Shown: positions 13,041 through 52,478 of the stretch, in pieces
Numbering within the stretch: position 1 is the stretch's first letter
Layout: each line of letters opens with the position of its first letter
Source: Octopus vulgaris
Taxonomy: Eukaryota
Length of the DNA: 64,000 nt
NCBI GenBank assembly: GCA_951406725.2
Contig: OX597814.1
Coordinates: 55,180,001-55,244,000, forward strand
Direction: 5' to 3'
Notes under the pieces: model-generated
Seen by the model: the letters and a program-made list of their open reading frames with translations, nothing else
Database searches by the model: none
What the model was told of the DNA's origin: nothing
Program-made: the position numbers and the translations under genes

Positions 13041-13675
13041 TAGTTAGAGGAGAAGGGTTGGGGCAGCTGAAACGTATTAGTGTGAGTCTTTCCGGCTCAC
13101 ACACCAATACGACATTTGTGCATATAGAAGTCTGAGATATTTGCGCATATAGAAGCTGCACAGTTCCATAGATATGAGATGTACTCTAATATGAATAGCT
13201 CCCTAGTGTCAAAAAGATTAAGTAAAGCTGAAACATCAACTTAGTCTAGAAAGGATCTCTTCGTGAAGTATTGCGATTCTGAAGTCTAAAGGTCATAGCG
13301 CCTTCTTTTACTGTAAGTGGACCTTAGAAGAGCAGAAAGGAAAAGTAGTTGCCCGTTTGTGTTACTGCATTGTATTCTTGATAAAGGCATGTAGCTTTTA
13401 ATAATTCGTTTTATTTTGCTCTAGGTAAATGTTACATAGCAGTAGACATAGCACACAGTCAGGCTCCGTATAAATGCGCATTTAATTAGCCATCAGTGCT
13501 AAATCTGTATCGTTCCCATCGCCATTGGACTGGGATTTCTGTCAATGGTAGCAAAATTCCAAAGTATGGCACTCGTCATCTACTGCACAGAATAGAGAGA
13601 TACGGAAGATCGAATCGGTAAAATACTGGACAGCCGAACACTGAACTCTATGCAAAAAGAAAATTTTATTTAAGA

Positions 13676-14077
13676 CTAGCAGTATAGCCCAACGTTGCTC
13701 GGGTTTGTTTTCTTTTCGACCGTTTAGAATTGGAATTTTTGAAAAGTAAAAATTTGCATTATGTAGCTTGTTATTCTCTTTAAGTGAACATTTTTCTGGT
13801 TGAAATACACCGAAAAATGACGACACGGCAGTCAAAAAATCGTAAAAAATAGGATTTTCATAGAAAAAAAGCATCTTTTTGATGTAAATAATTTTTGGTT
13901 TTAACATGGTCCGATTTGAATTTTTTCTGTGCGGAATAAAGAGCAAGTCTTCTTCTATCATACTCTCAATTTTGGTCAACTTGCGCCGAAGGGTCTCAGA
14001 GGAGATAGTGTTAGTTGAAGGCTACCAAACCTGCCCACACACACACACACAGACAACTTCAGCTTTATATATATAGA
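13676..14077 (-). mobile_element. Non-autonomous Helitron
   Basis: On -: 5' TC(tatatatataaagc...), 3' hairpin region cccgagcaacgttggg then CTAG; inserted between A and T; no TSD. Confidence 0.85.
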
Positions 14078-14662
14078 TAATATTTAATACTTAATTTTAA
14101 ATACATGATGCCTGGATGAAAGGGAAGGAGAGATCATTAGTATAATACATTTGAATATAACGGTCTGTTTGATATGGGCTGACCTGGGCTTAACAACAAT
14201 CAAAGAGATTGGTCTATAGAGTACTTTCAATAGATATGAAGTACAACAAGCAGGGGTCGACTTGAAAAAGTTGACTCCACTGATCTCACCACTATTAGAG
14301 GAATTGCAAAGTTTGAATTCCTCAGACGAACTATGAGAATGATGAGCACAGATTTGAGAGAGATTGTTAAAACTATGAGCACATCTCCCAGATGGACTAT
14401 GAAAGCCATCAAAACAATTCTCAGGGGGGATTGTGAAAACCATGAACACGAGCTTTTCTTGAGACTGAACCATTAAAAAGATCAATAATAGCAGAACTCG
14501 CTGTAATTGGACCAACAACAAAAAAAAAGAGTTGCTAAGTCGGCATCAAAAGTCTATCAACTAGCAACAAGTTTATCAACTGGAAAAGGGGTTCTTTCAA
14601 TGCTTAGGATCTTCATTCGAATCTGTGGGAGTCAGACTCCAATAACTCGGACTTCTTAAATA

Positions 14663-14855
14663 ACCACAACGACCACGACCACGAAGAAGAAGAAGAAGAA
14701 GAAGAAGAAGAAGAAGAAGAAGAAGAAGAAGAAGAAGAAGAAGAAGAAGAAGAAGAAGAAGAAGAAGAAGAAGAAGAAGAAGAAGAAGAAGAAGAAGAAG
14801 AAGAACAAGAAGAAGAAGAAGAACAACAACAACAACAGCAGCAGCAGCAGCAGCA
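14663..14855. repeat. Long (GAA)n with (CAA)n/(CAG)n
   Basis: Directly visible. Confidence 0.95.
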
Positions 14856-15525
14856 ATCCCACATCACCAGTTCTGCTTACCAAAAGTGGCCCACTTGGCA
14901 CTGTGCAACAACAGCGGTCATGAATCTCTCTTAAGATCAGAACTCTCTTAAGACACGTTAACAACGTAACTTTCATATTTGTCTATACTGTTTCCTTCTT
15001 TACTATACAACTAAAAAGATAATATTGTCATAATAAGTTTTCTGAATTAGGTTAGGCTTGAGTCTCAACAACAACGTCTTTTTTCTTTTCTATACAATGC
15101 TCTCTCTGTGCACTCCCTCTTTATTTCCTATCAAAAACAACCAGAGTAAATGAGCTTCAGACACATGAAATTCATATAACATAACATAACAATAAAATTT
15201 AACACAAATTAACGAATGATCCCTTTCGTGGCATTCTGACCTGCTAGACTGCTAGAAAAAGCAGCTAAAATCAATTTAAATCTCAATAACAATAACAAAT
15301 AGAGTGCGTATTGAGTACATTAACCTGCATACATTATCTGGAAATACGATGGAGTGATCATGGCAAGAATGTCTTCAACATAGGTCAACTTGATCAGAGA
15401 TGACCTGGAGTTAAATGATAAAGATATAGTGCGATATATTTTTTAACTAAATAATATAAAGTAATATAAAATGTTTAAAAATTGTAATAAAGCGGGAGCG
15501 TTAGCAACATGATAAATTCAGAAAT

Positions 15526-15527
<2 letters not shown>

Positions 15528-15565
<38 letters not shown>

Positions 15566-15578
15566 CTCTCTCTCTCTC

Positions 15579-15641
<63 letters not shown>

Positions 15642-15660
15642 CTCTCGTTCTCTCTCTCTT

Positions 15661-15695
<35 letters not shown>
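15528..15695. repeat. (TC)n microsatellite
   Basis: Directly visible. Confidence 0.95.
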
Positions 15696-15698
<3 letters not shown>

Positions 15699-15699
15699 G

Positions 15700-16080
15700 A
15701 TTTCAAATTTGGCACATGGCCAGCAAGTTCGGGGAACGAGGTAAATCGATTACATCGATCCCAATGTTCAACTGGTACTTATTTTATCGATCTCGAAAGG
15801 ATGAAAGGCAAAGTCGACTTCGGCGGAATTTGAACTCAGAACACGAAGATGGACAAAATACCTATTTCTTTACTACCCACAAGGGGCTAAACACAGAGCA
15901 GACAGACAAACGGATTAAGTCGATTAGATCGAACCCAGTGCGTAACTGGTACTTAATTTATCGACCCCGAAAGGATGAAAGGCAAAATCGACCTCGGCGA
16001 AAATTGAACTCAGAACGTAACGGCAGACGAAATGCGGCTACGCATTTTGTCCGGTGTGTTAACGATTCTGCCAGCTCGTT
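15700..16080 (-). mobile_element. Head-to-tail SINE dimer (two cores, two different tails)
   Basis: On -: full tRNA-like head + core + tail ...gtagtaaagaaatag, directly followed by gtattttgtc + second core + ggccatgtgccaaatttgaaa tail. Confidence 0.85.
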
Positions 16081-16599
16081 GCCTTTCTTTGTTCTGTAAT
16101 ATTGTTTTCTTCTACATTATTCAGTTATTTAATTAGTCCTTCTATAAAGCTCAGTTTGATTCAACTTGTCTAATTTCAATATAGTTCGCCTATATAGCTA
16201 GTTAGAGCTTACATCATCTTCACGAAACTTTGCTTATAAAACCAAAGAGGACTTTTAGAATTCGTGCATTGAGTCACGTTCATGTGCCGTGAAGAAAGTG
16301 AATTTGTTACTTTGAGTAGGACAACGCAAAATATCACTAGTTTCTTTTGAGTTTAATTTCTTTCTCTTTTTCTTTTTTATTTGCTACATTCGTCTCTTGT
16401 ATTACCAGTCCTAAGTTATTCCATCTGTATGACTTATCTACAAAAGGCAATTTAATTTCTTTTACAGAAATTCTCAATAAAAGAAATTTTACTTTCGCTT
16501 TCAGCGATAAATTTACAGAGTTGTCTTTCTTATATATTTCGTCAACAAGTTACCTCCCTTACAAAACAAACCCTAACGCAAGCCAAAAGACCAACCCAT

Positions 16600-16637
<38 letters not shown>

Positions 16638-17285
16638 GTTGCTGTTGCTGTTGTTGTTGTTGTTGTTGTTGTTGATATTATTTTTCAAGCCCGATAAAAT
16701 AAGTACCAGTGAAACACTGGGGTCGATATAATCGACTGGTCCCTTCCCCAAAAATTTCCGGCCTTGTGCCTATAGTATAAAGGATTATTATTATTCTCTT
16801 AGAAGGGCAGTGCTCATAAGCCTTTAAAGGGCATTCGAGACTTGAAGGTGAAGGAGGGGAAGGTAGCCTAAAATTATGACCTGACCCAAATACTTTCTCC
16901 AGAGTGTACTTCACTAAAGGTATTCAAAGATCAGATTTCGGTGTTATACTGGGTGATGGATTAAGTTTACAGCTGATCGATCTACGAAAAATAACAGCCA
17001 AATTTCCCTCACATTCCAAGGACATCATGTATTAAGTTGTTCCAAGTATACTATGCCAACGAAAAGACAGGATGGTCATTATAGGGACGTCTTTGATCAT
17101 ATATCTACTTGCTCAGTGTGCTTGATCACACATCTATAGAAGATTTGGGCACGGTTACTAAAGCATATGACAAAATATATCTCGCCATACTTGCCACAGT
17201 AATGACAGAAGAATTTCTATCTAAATATACGATGATTCCACTGAATGGTGTAGAAAACTATGATCTTTAGTTTTCTACACCATTC

Positions 17286-17922
17286 AGCGGTATTTCGTCT
17301 GCTGCTACGTTCTGAGTTCAAATTCCGCTGAGGTCAACTTTGCCTTTAATCCTTTCGGGGTCGATTAAATAAGTACCAGTTACGCGCTGGGGTCGATATA
17401 ATCGACTTAATCCGTTTGTCTGTCCTTGTTTGTCCTCTCTGTGTTTAGCACCTTGTGGGTAGTAAAGAAAAAAGTATTTCGTCAGCCGTTACATTCTGAG
17501 TTCAAATTCCGCTGAGTTCGACTTTGCCTTTCATCTTTTCGGAGTCGATTAAATAAGTACCAGTTACGCACTGGGGTCGATGTAATCGACGTAATCCCTT
17601 TGACAGTCGTTGTTTGTCCCCTCTATGTTTAGCCCCCAATGGGCAATAAAGAAATAAATATCTTTCATTACTAATCAGTGTTTTCAGTGTAATTCATCTT
17701 TATTATAATCTGAACAGATACAGTTTATAAAATATGTTGATATTTGTTCTTAGAAAAGCGGTATTTCGTCCGTCTTAACATTCTGAGTTCAAATTCCTCC
17801 GCGGTCGAATTTGCGTTCCATCCTCTCGGAATCGGTAAAATGAACAACAGTTGCACACTGAGGTCGGTGTAATCGATTTAAACCCTTCCCGAAATTGTTG
17901 GCCCTGTGCCAAAATTTGAAAT
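17286..17922 (+). mobile_element. Cluster of three SINE units (17286-17473, 17474-17657, 17757-17922)
   Basis: Each begins gtatttcgtc...ttctgagttcaaattcc and contains the family core. Confidence 0.88.
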
Positions 17923-18948
17923 TCCTATTTGTTCTTTGTAAAATAATATCATGCCAACCATCAAATTTCCTAAAATTCTAATATTTTTTCCTTTTTCTTT
18001 GCTAAATAAAGTTCAATAAATGTAATTATCTATTCCAAATTATTTTAGGTCAATGACTTTGTTATCAAAAGTCAGTGTAACCGTTCTCAATGAATACCTG
18101 TTATGCAATGTAATTTGAATAACATCTTTAGCGAAACATGCAGAATTATCTTTCTTATATTTTTCGTAATAAAGTTACCGCCCTTAGCAACGTGTGACCG
18201 ACCATAAAAACACAATAATAGAATTAGTATTGATATGTTAAAATACTAGGAGTGATTAAAATTGTTGAAACTTGTCGACAACATATACACAATTGTAGCG
18301 TTGACTAAATCCACGGGAGGTCTTTCTCTTGATAAAAAGAAAACTTAGTCTGTATGGTTCCGTTAAATGGAAAGAAAATCTAGATGCGAATGCAATTTAT
18401 GAAATAACGAATTGTAAAACAAATCTTACGTAAAATTATATTTACATAAAGTTAGAAAAGTAATTTCTAAATCAGCCAAGACCGCATTCCAATGAATTGG
18501 CTTTGTCTTTTGGTCAACAATCTCGCTCCCAACCCTGCTCCCCGGCTCTAAACACTTGCTAATTTTCTTACTAGTCACAATTCTCTAGAAAACTGTATAG
18601 ATATCTGAGGCATTACAAATTCTAGTCTGAGTTTCAAAAAACCACGACCATCTGACTGAGGAGTGCATTTCTTCTATTCAAGACACTACAACCACAGACC
18701 ATTGACGCGCTCTCTCCTCAGTCTTTAGAGCCGATGTAATCGACCAATCCTTCCCCTTAAAATTATTGGCTTTATGCCTAAGTTAGCAACAATTAATTAC
18801 TACAATTGTTCCTGCATTCTCATTCAGTAAAACTGTGCACTACTTCCAGCCAAATCCAGTCAATTTATCCGCCATTCGTCCTCTCATCATCACTGTGTAT
18901 CTTAATCACAGATCTTCAAAAGATCCTCAATATTTCCTTCTCAGACTA

Positions 18949-19445
18949 CGGGGGAGGGCTGAAAAGTTCCTGACTTTGGGTAAGATAAAATGCAGGTGGA
19001 TCAGTTAATTATGATTTTAATGAACATATTCCCCTCTCAGGTTCACACACTTATTGCAGCGGTCTTTCAGTTTTTTCTAAGCCCTATAAAAAGAACTCGG
19101 AAGATTGGATCTCCAGCCTGACCTCAGTAACAGCAATCACTTCCGAATCGGAGTGAAATTTTGTTCCTTTCTTCAGTTGTGGAAAGAGATGGTAGTCAGA
19201 GACGCCCAAGTCAGAAGAGTAAGGTGGGTGGTTTATCAATTCGGAGCCAAAGTCGCATATTTTCCGTAGAGTTTCATGTGTTGTGTGCTGGTGCATTGCC
19301 CTGCAAAAAAAAAAAAAAGACACAATGGCTCAACTTACCACGGTGTTTATGCTTCAAAGCTTCACGCAGTTCATTCAACAGAGATATGTAGTATCTAGCG
19401 CTGACGGTACAATCGTCATTGGAATTTCAACAATATCAACTGGGT
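18949..19445 (-). mobile_element. Mariner transposon 3' fragment (irritans-like), transposase pseudogene
   Basis: ORF 19084..19323 contains HPPYSSDLGVSDYHLFPQLKK; TIR-like TA|cgggggagggctgaaaagttcc at 18947. Confidence 0.85.
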
Positions 19446-19529
19446 ATTTTTGTTTCTTTGTATGTATGTATGTATGTATGTATGTATGTATGTATGTAGA
19501 TTTGTATGTCTTGTTTTATGTATGTATCC

Positions 19530-19985
19530 TTATGCATGTAGTTGCATGCCTAGACATGCTCATTTATACTTAAATGATAAACTTCTGGAAAGTTTTACAG
19601 ATTTTTACAGTTCCATTGATGGCTTGGATATGTAATCTTCAAATCGGCTTCTTTCTTTCTGGTTTTGGGAAGTCTAATTTCCCAAGATTGATACTTAGTT
19701 TGTGTGTTCCCCAATAATAATAGGAATATACCTGAACTTGAAATCTGGGTAGAGTAACTGTATATTTCTCAATAATTCAGTATAGGTATTTTCTTTAGCT
19801 TTATGTTAACATCTGCTGGGCAGCTGATTTCCACAACGATACACATTTTCTCTTTTCTCTCCCAAATCACTATATCAGGTCTTATATGTTTACATTTTAT
19901 TGAGGCTTTCACTGGAACATTCCACCAGTACTTTTTCTTATTATGAGTGGCTATGGCTTCTACATTGCAGTGGGTCCTTATTTCT
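19530..19985 (-). mobile_element. R4/Dong-like non-LTR retrotransposon 3' fragment (restriction-like endonuclease domain)
   Basis: Translation on -: YWWNVP...IKCKHIRPDIVIWERKEKMCIVVEISCPADVNI...YTELLRN...IPIIIG...GTVKICKTF; followed by (TACA)n. Confidence 0.75.
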
Positions 19986-20023
19986 TTGGCCTTTAGGTTA
20001 CCTTTCCGGTGGATCTCATTATA

Positions 20024-20091
<68 letters not shown>

Positions 20092-20335
20092 TCGGTGTGA
20101 CTATTAACTGATCTGTCCCAGCTGTAGGTTCATCAGCATGTCACAGAATTGCCTCTGGAAGAACGTCACTTGACATAGATTATCACGGTAAAACAATAGT
20201 TTTTCTGTGAGTGACAGCAGTTGCATTTACCAGATGCCTTTGCTAAGCCGGAATAATGTCTTCGCAACTTGACCCTTCTAACCTCTTTTAGGCCACCAAA
20301 AGCTAGAATAGAGATAACAGACCTCCAACGAAATC

Positions 20336-20388
<53 letters not shown>

Positions 20389-20548
20389 CAGACTATGGAT
20401 AATTAAATTATTATAGTCCACTCTGCACTGTTGTGCCATTCAAGACACGTTATTATAAATATATATATAAACACCTTCCACGCTGCAATTGTTTTCGTTT
20501 CAGCACACGATCTCAGATCAAATTACTTGCTATGCGAGTACATCTCCG

Positions 20549-20611
<63 letters not shown>

Positions 20612-20615
<4 letters not shown>

Positions 20616-21730
20616 CAAAATGGGACAAGAACGCAAAACATTCAAATAGACGATACAAAAAACGGACGGGTCATTCGAAGCCTCCAATCTTCAGTCAAGA
20701 ACCGGATCATCCTCGCAGTTTCGGCTTTCGATAAAACAGTTGCTCCCGCAAATTAAATTAAACAAAATTTGGGATTTTGCGGAGGTTCAAAATAGATAAC
20801 ACAAACAATATAGTGAAAACAAACAAAAAGGGCTGCTAAGCGTAAATGAGGTTGTGGTGGTGAACGCATAAATCAAGCCAGGACAGGAGACAAACAAGAA
20901 CACCTCTTCCTTGTTCCAACTACAATGGAGAGACAGAAAGAAAGATGGCCGATGGTCACGTGGGAGCCACGTGAGCAAGAGAGGAGGAATGAGGGAGAGA
21001 GGGTGACAGAGTAATAGGATAGAATAGTAGAAGTGGAGGTAAAAGAATAGGAGAGAGAAAAACAAAAGAGTAAAAAGATCGTATAGAGTACATACTTACG
21101 ATTACACCTATATATATATGTGCATATGTGGGCACAGGACGTCATGAAACATGTACAACAAAAAAAGCACGAAGAACGAGTATATGGAACATGAACTATT
21201 CAAGCTTGGACAGGAAATAAACAAGAACACGTCTTCCTTGTTCCAGCTACAACGGAGAGAAAGAAAGGGCTCCTACGTGACCATTGGCCATCTTTCTTTC
21301 TTTCTCTCCGTTGTAGTTGGAACAAAGAAGACGTGTTCTTGTTTGTCTCCTGTCCAAGCTTGATTTACGCGTTCACCACCACAACCTCGTTTAGGCTTAG
21401 CAGTTCTTCCTGTTTGTTTTCACTGTCCTGTTTGTGTTACCTATTTTGACCTCCGCAAAATCCCAACTTTTATTTAATTTGCTTTTCGGGGGCAACTGTT
21501 TTATCGAAAGCGTATATTTTTATTAAATGCTCGAAATATGAGACTAGAAAAACAGCCAACAACTGACGAAGTGCTGTTCTTTGTGTTTGTTTTGTTTTCC
21601 ATTTGTGTCTTTCGTTGTTCGAAAGAATAGTTCATGCTCCATGTACTCGTGCTTCGCACTTTTTTGTTGAACACGTTTCATGACTTCCTGTGCCCACATA
21701 TGCATATATATACGTATAGATGTAAGTATA
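20612..21730. mobile_element. Penelope-like pseudo-LTR remnant with nested direct and inverted repeats
   Basis: Inverted pairs 20724-20968/21268-21511, 21200-21267/21296-21363 and 21093-21201/21626-21728; bounded by TA-rich microsatellites. Family assignment is an inference from architecture. Confidence 0.55.
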
Positions 21731-21760
21731 TACATATGCATATATATTATTTATATTATA

Positions 21761-21796
<36 letters not shown>

Positions 21797-22316
21797 TGTA
21801 TGTATGTATGTATGTATGTATGTATGTATGTATGTATGTGTGTCCACCATCGCTTGACAACCGATACTAGTGTATTTATGCCCCCGTAACTTAGCGGTTC
21901 AGTAAAGTAGACTGATAGAATAAGTATTAAACTTACAAAGAATAAGTCCTGGGGTCGATTTCTTCGACTAGTACCCTTTAAGGTGGTGCTCCAGTATGGC
22001 CGCAGTTAAATGGCTGAAACAATACATATATTCATACATGCATGCATGCATGCGTACAACATGCGCGCGCGTGCACGCACATATCACTAGTCTCCGCGGT
22101 ATCCATTTACGAAGTAAACTGTGCGGAGGTCGGTCTGGAGTTATAAGTGGAAGTCAAGGTTCCGAACAATGGACCTGAACATCAAACTTAATCACACAAT
22201 CTCGAGCTTCACGCCTTTATTGAATGTATGGGTGACGATACAAGACTTACATTATCTAATGCCCGTCTCTTTTTAACACAGTTGGTGCGATTTGAGGAAA
22301 ATTTGTCAACTATATA

Positions 22317-22645
22317 GGCGTAGGAGTGGCTGTGTGGCACCTTGGGCAAGTGTCTTCTACTATAGCCTCGGGCCGACCAAAGCCCTGTGAGTGGATTTGG
22401 TAGACGGAAACTGAAAGCCCATCGTATATATGTATGTGTGTGTGTATATGTTTGTGTGTCTGTGTTTGTACCCCCAACATCGCTTGGCAACCGATGCTGG
22501 TGTGTTTACGTCCCCGTAACTTAGCGGTTCGGCCAAAGAAAACGATAGAATAAGTACTATGTTTACAAAGAATAAGTCCTGGGGTCGATTTGCTCGACTA
22601 AAGGCTGTGCTTCAGTATGGTCACAGTTACGTGACTGAAATAAAA
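22317..22645 (+). mobile_element. tRNA-derived SINE (second family), head partly deleted
   Basis: ggcgtaggagtggctgtgtgg...cttgggcaagtgtcttctactatagcctcgggccgacc...gactgaaataaaaaaa. Related copies at 3785, 21830, 26010, 34975, 47660, 48975, 53790 and 55295. Confidence 0.85.
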
Positions 22646-22959
22646 AAAAAAAGTATTTGTAGCAGGTCAAGCAATTACGTAAGGGTTTCCTTTGTGCGTC
22701 ATTCTTACGCCAGATAAAGTTGCTCATGAGTTGTCTCCCTTCTACAAGTAAGCGGTGTTAAAGAAAAAGATTCCCAGCAAAATGAATTCTTAAATATATG
22801 TGAAATTAAAGATTCCCACTGATAATAATTGTGATAATTCTTAAAACTCTGAAAATTGAAAATAACCAATATAAACTAAAATTAAAGAATAAATCTTCTA
22901 GCGATAATGATATTATAACATTGAGCGTATAGATTCTTCTAAATGGCTTAACTCCCTTG

Positions 22960-23043
22960 AGCACAGAAAATCGCCGGTCTTTCCTTCGGAAATTGTCGCG
23001 CATAAGAAGCAAGTGATCAGAAAGAAGGATCCCCAAACGCAAC
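22960..23043 (+). promoter_or_regulatory. ABCF1 core promoter / 5' UTR with a TCT-like pyrimidine initiator
   Basis: Locally CpG-rich; TCTTTCCTTC at 22978-22987 followed by CGGAAA (Ets-like), about 65 nt before the ATG. Confidence 0.45.
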
Positions 23044-52323
<29,280 letters not shown>

Positions 52324-52345
52324 TTTTAGTGGATATTTTATAGGT

Positions 52346-52478
52346 AATAAAAGAAATCTGTAATCTGTATCACATTCTATCAAGGCAATTAATTTTGTTT
52401 TAATAATTGGTTAATACTAAAGATTTACTCCTTTCAATGAAAGATTCTTGGCAATATATTCTTAAATAAATAAATAAA
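52346..52478 (+). terminator. Candidate ABCF1 polyadenylation signals
   Basis: AATAAA at 52346-52351 and overlapping AATAAA copies at ~52465-52478. Confidence 0.5.

Noticed and set aside
14238-14520. A + frame with eight in-frame TGA codons, suggesting TGA recoding (Trp or Sec)
   Set aside because: The TGAs are off-frame by-products of ATG-A, TTG-A and CTG-A in the neighbouring open frame.
17286-17922. B-box-like GAGTTCAAATTCC motifs as tRNA genes, or spaced repeats as a CRISPR array
   Set aside because: No cloverleaf; these are SINE heads followed by a shared core, in spliceosomal-intron-containing eukaryotic DNA with no cas genes.
20665-20730. CTGAAGA and CCGAAAC on - as a hammerhead
   Set aside because: No GAAA follows a pairable stem II, and the stems cannot be closed.
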